DNA from: Lingula anatina
Taxonomy: Eukaryota; Animalia; Brachiopoda
DNA length: 64,000 nt
Direction of reading: 5' to 3'
Assembly (NCBI GenBank): GCA_051362555.1
Contig: CM120649.1
Coordinates: 6,572,001-6,636,000, forward strand
In this document: positions 49,004-62,030 of the stretch, piece by piece
Layout of the letters: the number at the start of each line of letters is the position of its first letter
Numbering within the stretch: position 1 is the first letter of the stretch
Notes under the pieces: generated by a model
Told to the model about the DNA's origin: nothing
Database searches by the model: none
What the model saw: only the letters and a program-made list of their open reading frames with translations
Position numbers and translations under genes: made by a program

Positions 49004-50047
49004 ATGGAGAATTGGTCACAGCCAGAGAACAACTCATTCAATCAGTCGGTTGATTTGGGAGAATTCAAAAATGACGTCGTGTTCAACACAGCACATGGTA
49101 AAACACCTTTCAATCTGTTTATATTTTGTATTCTTGGAGTCGCAAGCAATGTTGTTTGCATAACAGGAATTATTTTCAACATCATGTCAGTGTTGACATT
49201 TTCTAAAGAGAAAACACTCACGTCCACCACTTACTTATTGACATGGATTGCCGTCATGGGCAACCTTTTTCTGCTTACTTTCGTGATTTGTGTATCCTTA
49301 CCGGCTCTTAACGTATACACGGGCTGGGTGCCATGGTATTTTGTCTCTGTCCAGCCGTACATCAAGTATATTTGGCCAATCCTCTTAGTCTCAAAGCTAT
49401 CTTCGCATTATTTTGTAATCATGGTCGCCTATGATAGATATTTGGCTATGACCAAGCCAATATCCACCTTTCAAAGTCGTACCGTCTCCAAATGGCGTCG
49501 CCGTTCATACGTCATGATTTTTTTGGTTATAGTGTACCAAACCCCAAAGTTTTTTGAAGCCGATGTAGTCGGTTTTGCAAGCTGCAGAGCAAACTCTACA
49601 GACCTCTGCCACACTGTTAAAACAAAGGACTTAGGAAATCTCTTCAGCTACGTGTATCGCCTCATTTTGCCAATTTTTCTCAACCAGATAGCCCCAATCG
49701 TTACTGTGATCACGCTTTATGCTAAAATTGCCATTGCTATGAAGAAAAACGCCAAAAGTGTCGCTGGGATGATAGTCTCCAAGACAGGCCCATCTGGCCA
49801 CCTTACTAAAATTGTGACCTCTCTCCTGATATGTTACCTGCTAGCTGTAATACCTTATTGTTTCCTTACACCTGCCATCGCTCTACAGGAAAGGTTCATA
49901 TCTTCCCAGTACTACTGTATCATTGACTGGGTACAACCAGTGGTGTACGTGTTGAGCGCTTTGAATTCATCGGTTAATTTTTTTATTTACGGCCTCGTGG
50001 GGACTAAATTTAGACGTAATTTAAAGGACCTTCTTCATCTTAAATAG
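49004..50047 (+). CDS. Rhodopsin-class GPCR, 347 aa, tandem paralog of the gene at 46099 (copy 2)
   Basis: Colinear with copy 1. The upstream DNA (about 47470-49000) is a diverged copy of about 44920-46098. Confidence 0.93.
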   Translation: MENWSQPENNSFNQSVDLGEFKNDVVFNTAHGKTPFNLFIFCILGVASNVVCITGIIFNIMSVLTFSKEKTLTSTTYLLTWIAVMGNLFLLTFVICVSLPALNVYTGWVPWYFVSVQPYIKYIWPILLVSKLSSHYFVIMVAYDRYLAMTKPISTFQSRTVSKWRRRSYVMIFLVIVYQTPKFFEADVVGFASCRANSTDLCHTVKTKDLGNLFSYVYRLILPIFLNQIAPIVTVITLYAKIAIAMKKNAKSVAGMIVSKTGPSGHLTKIVTSLLICYLLAVIPYCFLTPAIALQERFISSQYYCIIDWVQPVVYVLSALNSSVNFFIYGLVGTKFRRNLKDLLHLK

Positions 50048-50751
50048 AATCGCCTCAAAACAGTGTGTAATAAACTATGCATTTTCAGTAGGAGAATATG
50101 CGTATATGGTTACATTCTCGATAAGAGCGGCGAATATAATTGGCAAAATAAAGCGTTACGAGGAAATTAATATTGGCAATACCAATGGCTCTGTCTCACC
50201 TAGCGTCATGAGGTGCGCATGAGTATCATATGTGACATCAATAAAGCGTATAGAATCACCCTGTTTTAGGCCTAATAAAATAAAGGCATAAGCAGCGTAT
50301 GAAATTGTTTTTGAACATGCTCAAAACACTTTATTTCCCTTCGAGTAGCGACGTAAGTCTAACGAACCCTTTGTTCTTGTCTGTGTATGGACAATTTTTC
50401 TCATACGTTAGTACTTTACGCTAGGTGTGGCAGTGCATTTAGATATGTGATATATATGTGATATATTTTTGATTTCTATAAACTTTTGTAGAAAAATAGT
50501 GACAAGACAACGAAATTCAAAATCATACAACCTCAAAACTGCAAGGAGGTGTTGAGTTCCCACTGCAAATATTAAAAAAGTATGAGTTAAAGAACGCATT
50601 TCCACAAGGTGTATAAGATTCATGGAAAAAGGAAGCATTGGATGTTAAGGCAAAATCTAAAACTTGTCTGCCTTTCGTGTTGTATCACATATAAGGTACC
50701 GTCGTGTATCGTGTACCTGAGAGTTATAGTATTGCCTGTCTCGGGAAAATA

Positions 50752-50950
50752 CACTCAACAAAAAAGTTCAGAAACATGAAATTGTTTTTTTAATTATGAA
50801 AATATGTAATGTAGTGGGAAAATCTGCAATGTTTTTATAAATGATGAGTGCACAATCCATCTTTAATTTGTTAAAATATTTACCTTAGCTCAAACGGTTA
50901 TTTTATAATTATTCAAAATAACGATGCTTCCGAACTTTTTTGGTCCAGTG
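50752..50950. mobile_element. Tc1/mariner-derived MITE
   Basis: TA|cactcaacaaaaaagttcagaa ... ttccgaacttttttggtccagtg|TA: imperfect TIRs flanked by TA. Confidence 0.65.
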
Positions 50951-51091
50951 TACTTAGATTTGCCCCCTTATCCATCCTGCTTCTTCTACTTCATTCTATG
51001 TGTTCAGTCGTTAATTTGCAAAGAGTATTTCGTACAATTAGTTTTAAAAAATGCGTCAGTCAGTTGCATTAGCCAAATTGATTGAATTGAA

Positions 51092-51145
<54 letters not shown>

Positions 51146-51569
51146 GTACTCGAAGGCATTTGTTCAAGGCTCAAATCGAGTTCTTATATTTTAAAGCTAA
51201 TTAGTTTTTGTTTTGTAATTGGTTCATCAGTAATGAACAAAAGAGTAACTTTCTGTGTGCAATTCGTCTTGTGGCCATACACAAGTATTTATCTGATTAT
51301 ATATACCTGTCTGTTTTAAATATATTGATAGATTTATGTATATATATAGGCTATATAATGCATGAAAAGATTTTCGATGTAGTATATATTTCTATATCAA
51401 GAAAATGAATTATGAAATATTTGACGTGATGCCACTAAATGGCATCTTTGTTATCACTGGGGAGAACGTTCCTGTATATAAACAAAAATTGGACGTCTCC
51501 ATGCCTGTTTGCAACAGTAACAATGCGACGCAGTATTATTATTAATGTTGGTGCGACGTAAATTGATTG

Positions 51570-51638
51570 TTACGTCACATGTGCGTCACCATTAAACGCA
51601 ACCAATAAGAACATTCGTAACAACGTTGCCGTGATTAC
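51570..51638 (+). promoter_or_regulatory. Candidate promoter of the TSSK-like gene (CRE-like site, CCAAT box, X-box-like site)
   Basis: ttacgtca 51570-51577, ccaat 51602-51606 and gttgccgtgattac 51625-51638. A CAG|GTACGT donor near 51764 and a ctAG acceptor near 52228 suggest a non-coding first exon. Confidence 0.35.
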
Positions 51639-52278
51639 GCTCAGCGTAGCAACAAGCCCCGGGTGGGGAAAAGATGTAAGAAAACATCAGGGAATATAAA
51701 TAAGAAAGTTTACACACAGAAACTGGCGACTGAACTACCACCAGGTTTGCGAAAGCTAATGCAGGTACGTAGAAATTGATTCACCAAAGGGATATTTATT
51801 AATATACATTATTACCGTTTAAATGCGAATGTGTCCTCAGAAAATATGTATCGAATTTTATTTTATAGTGTTTTATAACTTTACACGTGAAGTTTTTATA
51901 ATGATGCATCTAAAGAATTTTTTTCAAATCCGTAAAGAAGGTCTAGCGCCCGAAAGCTTGGATTAGATTTTACATCTTTATAGTAGATTTTCATAGATGC
52001 ACATTATAATAACTTATTTATTTCTTAAAGATCTATACAGTGATTTGATATGAATCTTCAATATATAACATTACCCAAAGACTCTGCTATGTTTTAGATG
52101 TCCGAGTTTATACATGTATGTAGATTTTATATAAGACATTCTAAATCTTCTTTTTCCGTGCATATTTCCAAATCCCTTCCACTCTCTGCTCATGACCATG
52201 TTTTATCCCCCTAACGTGTAGTCTCTAGGCAACCAGTTCCGTGGAAAGAAAAGGGCATGCTCCTCTGTGGACAACACC

Positions 52279-52578
52279 ATGGCCAGTAAACGTCAGGGGA
52301 TGAAGGAATTAAGTGCCGGGGATCACCGCAAGAAAGCCACGGGGCACCACTTCACGGCCTACGTACGCCTGCCTGGTGACGCGGAGGAGGCTGCTGGTTA
52401 TAAAGAAAGGGCCGGCCATCAGGCCATGAGGATTGTTTGTGGCATTGGAGACGCGTGGTGTGATACCACCGAGCAGCAGCATAAGGTAAGCCTATAGTAA
52501 GCCTAGGAAACCTGTGCTTTGTTCTCAGAGATCTGATAGAATTTTCATAATCTATATCTATCTCTATGAAACTAAAAG

Positions 52579-52658
<80 letters not shown>

Positions 52659-54879
52659 GTAATAACCCAATTACCCTTAGGAAGGACAAGGACCAATGAA
52701 GCGCTTGACCATATTTTTCTCAAAACCTAAAATGCTTCGGCATAGTATCATTTTTTAACAAGATTATAAAGGATGACATATCTGTGCTTCATACCACAGA
52801 TGACAATAATCAATATACCGAACCCTCCTAAATTTTTAAGATTGATTATTTGCGCACTTCGTCTATTTTCACTTCATGGACCATAGCACATATATTTATT
52901 GCCATGAAATCACCCTATGTTTCACTGTTGTAGCCGTGTCCGGTGTACTTGGGGCCCGAACTGGACGGGGCAGCGTCGGACCTGGCCACTCAAGGATACA
53001 CCGTCCTCCGAGAACTTCCGCACGATGGAAATTTCGGTTGCGGCGCCCTAGTCGGACGGCACGAGAGCGACCTGAAACGCGTGGCCATCCGACTCATCCA
53101 GCGCGGCGGAAACAAGTCCAGCGATGCAACCGCCCACAGTAGCGGAGAGATCTACAAACCGTCTGGTTCTTTTAAAAGTTGTTTTTTGGCCGACAACATA
53201 GAACTTTTACAGAGTCTACGGCACGAAAACCTGATTAAAATGCACGAGTTTTTTGTCACCAGAGGTCACTTGGCAGTGGTTGCTGAATACTGTGAAAACG
53301 GGGATTTGGCTCATCTTGTGGCCCACAGGAAAGCGGGGTTTCTAATAGAACCAGTGAGCAGACGATACTTCAAACAGATCTTCCAAGTAAGATATTCGTC
53401 TATTTCTTGTAGTGCGCCCTTTATTTGAAGTAGATCTTACCGTAAAAACCGATGATTCATTATAAAGAATTCAGTTTTTGAAAGTTTTTTGAAAGTTGTT
53501 TGAGAAGTAACATCATCTTAAAAATAACGTTTTTTTTCTGTGTGTGTGCATGTGTGGCAGGTTTTTCTTTCTTCTTTTCTAGTCTTCTTCTTTTTTAATT
53601 TTTTTTTCGTCTATTTCCCGATTAAGTGACAGTATTTTCATATTTTTCTCAGCATTTACATATTTTTTTCGAACATTTTATTCATTAAGGCGATGGAATA
53701 CCTGCATCACAACAACATAGCACACCGCGACGTCAAATGCAGCAAGTTCGTGGTCTCGAGAAGCAACGTCCTTAAACTGTGCGACCTTGGCACCGCCGTT
53801 CTATACAAAGATGGCGACCCCCTGCTCACTGATACCAAGTGTGGATCGCCAGGGTATCGGGCGCCAGAACTCTTGTCCAATTTTCCTTACGATCCTCGGA
53901 GAGTTGACATGTGGGCGATGGGTGGGTGAATGCAATAATTAAAATTAAAATAGATATTTATTAATTAATAAATAAATTAATTAATAACGAAAAAATAAAT
54001 TGAGCGGATTACTGATCTTTTGTAAAGCTGCAAATACACTCCCCTTCAATCGGTCTGTATCCCTAATCGTCGGTTATTCGCTAAAATACCTTTACTGTTA
54101 CCCGTTTCCAATATTAACTGATACCAACCTAAAAGAAAGATATAGGACTAAGTGAGTTAATCAAACATGCCTTACCGAGCACGTAGAGCATTATAATCTC
54201 ATTTTCTCTTAAGGCGTTCTCCTCTACTACATGGCCACCGGTCTAATACCTTACCACGGTCAACCAAACATTCCTGTCAGACTGAGCTTTCCCAATGGAG
54301 ATGTCCTCAACCTTAGCCGAGAACTAAAGCAATTACTGCAAGGTAAAATTAGGTCCAATTTGACGACAAGGGCCAAATGAAACCTAGAATATTACTTTTG
54401 AAAACGGCGGGGGCTTGTAGTTGTCTATTTTTGACAAGTAATGCGACATTTTCCGATCAACCACTTAATGAAGTCAGGGAAACTTGAATCTTACTGCTTT
54501 GTTTATTAATCTAATTTCAGTTGTTTATATGACTGTAATATCTATTTATTATTTTTTACATATTCAATTTTTATTCTTTTCTTTCTTTCTTTCTTTCTTT
54601 CTTTATTAAATTAGTGAACTCTTAATTATTTATTCAGTGATGACGGTATCTCTTTTAGAGTTAGGTATTAATAACAACTACCAAACGAAATTCCATATTT
54701 CAGGCCTCCTCACGCACAACTCTGAGCTCCGTTTCACCTTAAACCGCGTGAGAAATAGTCCCTGGCTGTGCAAGGCAGACGACGGCGTGTACATCGGGAA
54801 CTTTTTCCGGGTGCGGCAGCCTGAGAAGGTGCGTACATCGGCCAAGGAGACGAAACTGAAGAGAGAATTGCACATCTGA
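52279..54879 (+). CDS. TSSK (testis-specific Ser/Thr kinase)-like CAMK-group protein, predicted pseudokinase, 398 aa; exons 52279-52485, 52934-53386, 53690-53921, 54214-54342, 54704-54879
   Basis: 207+453+232+129+176=1197 nt in frame. Kinase subdomain motifs: LRHENLIK, EYCENGDL, HRDVKC, KLCDLG, CGSPGYRAPELL..PYDP..VDMWAMGVLLYYMATG..PY. Confidence 0.85.
52580..52657. repeat. (AAT)n directly followed by (TAT)n, forming a perfect palindrome in kinase intron 1
   Basis: The two trinucleotide runs are reverse complements of each other with no spacer. Confidence 0.9.
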
Positions 54880-57800
54880 AAGCCATTATAACTTTCAGCA
54901 CACAAACATATTTAAAAATTGTCTTTGTAATCATGAAGCTGCACCACAATGTAAAACACTGGCAGTTTTATTATAAATATTTAAAATGCAGAGAAAATGA
55001 ATATGTTAAGTGAAAATTGAAAAACCCCTAGAACGGAAAGAGACCGGTTCTCTCTCCACATTAATTAAGCATCAGGAAGTGGATTCTTGTATAACTATAA
55101 TGACAATTGGCAAGCGACACAGATATCAAATCAGAATAGCGGTTGCATGTTGACTTTAAAATATTTCAAAGTATTTCGGCCGCCATTGCCGTTCTACGTG
55201 TACAATTTTTCAGTGGTTATCACCTTTGGCAAAAAAACACTTAAAATTCACAATATTGGGGAGACTAAATTTCAGTATACTTTACAGAAATGGGCAAAAC
55301 TTTATCATCATGATTCTCACTTGTCGCCGACTTGTGAAGATAGCCGTATTTCTGTTTCATTCGGATTGCACTTTCAATAAATAGTGTTCTGTGGATTTCC
55401 TTTGTCGTTTTGTAAGCGGTGTGCTTCTGCAGCTGAGATACGAACTTTTAAAGGCATAATAACTCTTTGTATGAGACCTATATTTCACAATAAAAACCTT
55501 GTGAATAACTCATAGAAATATAATATATTCTGTTTAACCACAAAAACAGCAGTTTTAGCTTTTATTCTGATATTTGAACTTGTCTTTAGACCACGTGACC
55601 TCCATTGATGTCTATACTCTGTTAAAATCTCTTAAGAGATTTTAACAAAAAACCAAACTTTTTAGAAAAAAACCAGGGACTAACTTTGAATGTAAAAATG
55701 GATTCATTAACCATTGGTAAGTATGGGAAAATTGTTGTTTACTTCAGGAAAATTCATTTTTTGGCCGAAACGAAGAGTTATTATTGCTTTAATGTAATAC
55801 TTACATGTATCATCATAGAGCCGTTGAAACTGGATGAAGTACATTGCACACAGCAATGTACGAATGACTTTTTTCAAGTATCTCTTCTCTTATCTCTCCA
55901 TGATTCATTTATTCATTCTGGGGAGGGAGGAGGGGGGTAGTCGCAGTGAGCAAGCATATTTTTACCTCGTTTCTCTAGGCAAATATAAAACAGCAGCTGT
56001 GGGCGATACTGCAAATGTTTATACGGCGCAAAGATGGAAAAGTTTATTCTTTTCCTCGCTTTTTTTTCTTGGGCGGGAGGGTGGGGGAGTTCTGGGGGTG
56101 GCGCCCACCCACTGTGTCCACCCTTTGTTCCAACATAAAATATGTGGCAGATCACTGATTTTGCCCGTTCAGAGGAAGCATATGCAGGACTGATCACGGG
56201 TGTAATGATCATTAGACACATACATGTAATTTCACTAATTTAGCACTTGTTCGAAATGCAAAAGATTAATCCAGTCCAAGATAGATACGAGCAAGGAGTT
56301 TTAATAAACTACAACTCATTGATACGAGTGAGTCGCACTGATCATTAAGACGGCGGAAAAACACCCAATTATTTACATACTAGGAACTACCTAATTATTT
56401 TAATACTTTCATCTTGGCACATTAAAAAAACATCCAACTAAGCCCCGGGGAAGTAATAGGCACCACACCTGCCATTAAGCCAACATTTTTGTTCCTGTTA
56501 TAACAGAAATCAACAAACGCTTGTTGTGTATTTTCCACTTAACGTCAGAACCGGCAAATGCCAATTTTCATTAAGGTCTGCCGGGGTGTGAAAGTGACGG
56601 AAATGCAATTTGTTAATATTCCCTCGGTCGTACGGATGGGCTCGGTGCGCTGGCATATTTTGAAACACGATCATGCTAACATAAATGGGGAATATCAGAT
56701 TAGTCCTTCATGCTAGCGTCTTGGCACGTTTTTTTACAACGCCGACAAATTGACTCCTGATCAAATAATAAACGTAGCGTCGATAAGTATATATCAACAA
56801 AATTGTTCCAACACGATTGACAGGTTCAACTGGCGGTCGTTGTGGGTTTTCCACTTAACGTCTCCATCAGAACCTCCGGTCTTTATTAAGATGTGCCATA
56901 ATATGAAGGTGGATGGAAGTGAAGTGCAGGACTAATGAAGGTTTTAGGAACGTTCGCAGACTTATGAAAATGCACACACACAGTTCCCGATCAAAGATAC
57001 ACAAAATTTGCCAAATGTTGAACACTTAAGCGTAGGTAGCATTTGCTACGTGTATGCACCTTTTTCAGTGGAGGCAGGCGATGGCCGTACGGTTTTCTTG
57101 AGCCGATACTTTGGCAGAAATTAAAAAGCATCAACCCGTAGGTCGTGGCAGTATCAGAGATGCCACTGCATAATTCCTGTGGGGGCACTGCTCAGTGGAC
57201 TAACTTGTGGTGATCTGCAATACGGTGATGTCAAAAATCTTACGGATCTAGAATTGTCACGGTCGTCAAACAGATATCGTTAGTTAAACTCTTTCGGTCC
57301 GTTCATTATCCATTTCGTATAATTTTTGCGGCTGCATAAAAATACAGACAAAGATTTTGAAAATATAATTATTCTTTACCAAATCATTTCATAGGCCTTT
57401 ACCTGATAAATGGGAAAAACGGGATTCGAATATTTCAATTAAAATTTGGAGTTACATATTTAGTTTAGATTCCAACAAAACACGTTCATATCCTCCTGAT
57501 GTAATTCTATACCCAATGAAAATATTTGACAAATCGAGAAACATTACGGTTGTTTGTTAGCAAAGGTGGTACTTTTAACAGAGCCCGAGAATATTGAACC
57601 AAAGACCGCAACATATGGGCTTATAGAAATCTAGGAGTTTTGGTGAAAGCTGCCAAAGTATTCACATATACAAATAAGAACATATTATTTTATTGAGATA
57701 CGTTGGATCAATATGACCCGACTTCATCGTCAGTACAGACACAAGCCCTTCCTGATTTCCCTGGAAAATTTACAACCCTTTCAGATCAAATAAATTATTC

Positions 57801-58427
57801 CCATGCCAAATTTAACCTTTCTTGTTGAGAATAAACCAACTAGATTATCTAGTTGCTACTTACTAGTGTACCGGTACCTTGTCTCTTTAACACTGTTTTA
57901 GAGGCATTGCTGCTGTATACTCTCTGGCCACAGGGTGCGCTAGTAGTCTGTTACAAAGAGTGTTCAATGGCTCGCAGTGTTATTTTGTATACTTTTTTAA
58001 ATAATAATTATTATTCTTATATGGCACATTACAATAAAAATCTCTATGCGCCTTACAATTACTTTTAATTAAAAGGGCTAAATGCTACATTTTAAAAGAG
58101 CTAAATGTAAACATTTAAAAGAACTAAATATTACAATTAGAAGCAAGCCCCTGATATCAGAGCTGATTGTGTTTTCTAAACACTGCAGTGCGGTTGGCCT
58201 ACTAGGTCACCCAAAAGTCTCAAAAGGTAAACGTGCATCTACCGGGTATGTTCCTCTTTACAAGCACACATGCGGCTGCAGGTCTAGTACATGTAGGCCT
58301 TTTCTGTATGACAACACTAGCATGGTGTCACGAGACTGATGACGTATATATATGACGAGGTGAAGTAGTGTTTCCAGTAAAGCTAGGTCGGCCCAACTGA
58401 AACTACATGGGTAGGTATGACCCCATG

Positions 58428-58628
58428 CCCACAGATTTTAGAGCGATCTATCCCTGTGGGGAGTCTCACTAGATTACTGTCAGCTCAGCCGGCTTAGGTG
58501 TCTGTCCCGCCTACTAAAAGCTGTAAGGGGGTAATTAACTACCGTGCGCGCTCGGCTGACATCAATTTAGCGTGAACCACCCAGGGAGTTGGGTCAATCG
58601 AGATGGATCGATCTAAATCTATGGGAAT
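58428..58628 (-). mobile_element. MITE family A copy, reverse complement of 32063-32277
   Basis: cccacagattttagagcgatcta...cgcctactaaaagctgtaaggggg...caatttagcgtgaacc...gatcgatctaaatctatgggaa. Confidence 0.8.
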
Positions 58629-58655
58629 ACACTCTATGACACGCCGCAGCGAATT

Positions 58656-58793
58656 CATTGACTACGATGATCTCACCACAATGAACAAAATAGTATCTTT
58701 CCGGTCCCGCACACCATTGACTACGATAATCTCATTGACTACGATGATCTCACCACAATGAACAAAATAGTATCTTTCCGGTCCCGCACACCA
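58656..58793. repeat. Exact direct duplication of about 61 bp
   Basis: cattgactacgatgatctcaccacaatgaacaaaatagtatctttccggtcccgcacacca occurs twice. Confidence 0.9.
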
Positions 58794-59689
58794 CCACTGG
58801 TTGCCTGCGCTTGAGGTAATCGCTGCGACCGTCTGATTAAAATGATGAGATTTAGACTGCATTCCCACTAGCAAAATGGTAGCATGCTCATTTCTAAACC
58901 TATTTTCTGCTGAGACCTTATGGACTTATTTGACCGCTCTAGGTGACCGCTGCCCAACTCGACTGGCAACGCGACCTCTGAATATCAGCTTATTAATTCA
59001 GTCTCGTGCGTGCGTCAGGCGCTTGAAATCAGAACGACTTCTTTTCATTTACAACACTGCTAATGAAAGTATTGCGTACTGCATGATAACAAGTAATGGT
59101 TGGCACAGATCGAAGAATATTGAATTAAAAAAAAAAATTAATAAAAAGAGTAGTCCTTACGAGAACACCACAATGCTATCAGAAAGAGCGGGTTTCGAAT
59201 AAAGTTGGTAGAACCCCCAAGACATGAGGCCTTAAACATTAAATACAGTTTTGTTTTTTTTTTTTTTTGTTTTTGTTTTTGTTTTTTTTTCAGAATAAAA
59301 AGGAACCCACTTATTCTCTCTCCTTTCTATTGTGGTTACATGTACGTCTAATGAATCAAGAAGGCAGCGCTGGTGGTTGGTGAAGCTTTTACATTGGCTC
59401 TTTTAAATTATGCATGTATATTAGATACACGTATATTATATACATATTGGCCTCTGCCTCTAAAATAATTTATTGTTCGGACAAAACGGATGGTTACGAA
59501 GTCATCTTTGTTAATTAAGTTCGAATGATTCGATAATTTTCCGTTCTTCCTGAAACAATAATCTCCTTTATTATCTTGTTTAACGAATGAACGACAACAA
59601 CCACCATGATACCAATTAGATGCACAATTTATTCAGTTATTTGCCTTACATTAACGCCTACAGACATATACAATTCCCAGACACAAAAC

Positions 59690-60376
59690 AATTAGAAAAC
59701 TCATAAATGAGAAGATTTGCCATTGCGGCGATTTGCTGGTACACTAATAAAATAAGAGCGCTCAATAAGTTTCAGCTGTATTAAGTAATCAGTGCTGATT
59801 TGGACATGTAATCAAACGCCGCGCGGTGTGTCTGAAACTATCGCAACAACGAAGAGCAAGAACAATAAGCACACAAACAATAAGACCGACCTAGATCCAG
59901 CTATAACTCGGATATTATCAGATGGTATTGATTACAGAGAAAAGCTACTCCTTGATGACGTCAATATCATTAGATAAGACCAGTAAGATATATCGCTTGG
60001 GTTATCGTCGATTTCTTGGAAAATAACGACGTGAAATGCTACATCATTTAACGTGTTTTGAGATGTCTTGATGTATGTTTTATTATTCTCAAAGCTTTAT
60101 TGGCAGTTGTTGTGTATGAGTGCAAACTAATGAAGGCTATACATATCAATTCTGTGGCAGTCATGAATTTATGTTTTAATACATTTACGAACCACGATAC
60201 TGCAAAAGAAACTGACAAAAATCCTCGCTGTTTTTGACGAATGTCAATTGGAAATGACTAATGACTTATTTCACGCTTAAGGAGTTGTCAACAAGACATA
60301 ATAATTCCATCAAATAATAATGGTCGATCCAATAAACCATTAACGGAGCTTTCACAAACAAACACGGCAAAGGAAA

Positions 60377-60439
<63 letters not shown>

Positions 60440-62030
60440 CTTTTTTGACATGTGCCTGCCTCCTATCCATCTCTTTCGCAGCGGTTTGGCAATCATCTGT
60501 GCATGAATGCTGGCTAAATCTCATGCCTCAAGTGTTAATATAATTAACAAGCAGATAGGATCTGATGACTTAATTTGAGAAGGCGCATCCTCTTGCTCCG
60601 GAGTTTGTATATTAAACTTAGCCTGGGCATTGGTCTTAACTTGTAGACCAAAATTTCTATCTATTTTAGATCAAGATAAGTGTATAATAGTCCACAACTA
60701 TTGGACTGAAACGCTAGCCATGTCTATTTTGTTATTAAACACGCGCAACATTTAATGTAGTTGAACTAAGCACCGATTTATGTCAGGTCGAAGCATACTA
60801 AAATTTCTGCTAAACGTTTTGATCAATTTTCGATTTCGGTCAACTTGCTCTTTGAAATGAAGAGAGGTATTTACAGGCAAATGTTGGGGCAAATTGACAC
60901 ATTTTAATTAGTTTTATTCAGGACAGTAACTATACTTGACCTGTCACGGTCTGACCTTGTTCGTGCGACTGGTCAGCACTTATCTATAGGGTATTCCTTC
61001 CATAACATACCACCATTGTTGTATCCAATAGATCCGTTATTGTTCATGTTGAGTAGGGGGCCAAGATTCAGTAGCAGGTAACAGAATACAGATATTTCAC
61101 GGTGTGTTTGTGTGTGTGTGGGGGGGGGGGGGGGGCGGGAGGGGGAGGCAGACAATGGTGACAGGAGACAACGGTGCCAGTTTACAAAGGAGTATTTGTA
61201 CAGTGCACTGAACGTATCATTTGCCGTGTCTTCAGTGACAGCCAAATGGTAAATAATATCACCTGATCTACCATTAAGATACAATTTAAAGTAAGAGCTA
61301 GGCAAAGCAGCTGCCATCGCCAATACAAGAATTACGTCAGCCACTCTACTGCACGCCTAGTTACATCTGAAATAAAGTCGACCTTATATGCACAGCCTGA
61401 TAGCGTGTCTGCAACTTCAAATAGAAAATTTATTTCCAATGTGGAATCACACTTCGATTCAGACAGATAAAAGAAACGAACGCGACAGGCACTGCTCCCA
61501 AAACGCAGCGCAAACCACGCGGGAATCAATTATCCATGTACAAGGGATTTACAGTTGAGGTAATGACATTGTTTTTGCAAAATTCAATACGACGTATTCA
61601 CGTCATCTGTCTGTGCTGACTGATACTAAAACACCGAGGGATGCGAAGAGCAATTAACTCTCCCCCCCTCCCCTCCAATGTTGCGTACGTGATTAAGAGA
61701 TACGAAAAAAAGAACAGTCTAGCTTGGCACGCATTTTGGCATTAAGCAGCACAAGCTATACATCATTGAACGGATTTGTGCCGGACAAATTTGGATAAAA
61801 ATGAAGTCCCTGAAGACTAAAGGATTAGCATAGTCAGCTAGGACATTAATCATATCATTACTAGTAAAACATTGCATCATGCTGGCGTCAGGAGATTTTT
61901 ACTCTATTTTTTAACTCAAAAGCCTCAAGCAAATTTAAGGACACTTCATAGGGCGTAGTAACAACAACATTAGTCGTTGAAAAAGGAAGAACGTTTATTT
62001 CAGTGCAAATGCAACTATTATTTCCGAGCG
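59690..62030 (-). pseudogene. Possible highly decayed peptide-receptor-like GPCR
   Basis: Minus-strand fragments in 7TM order: SMMQCFTSNDMINVLADY (TM2-like, about 61860), VILVLAMAAALPSSY...ALYKYSFVNWHRCLL (TM4-TM5-like, about 61340-61160), LLFLLFVVAIVSDTPRGV (TM6-like, about 59850), IAAMANLLIY (TM7-like, about 59715). They are broken by stops, frameshifts and repeats. Confidence 0.35.
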
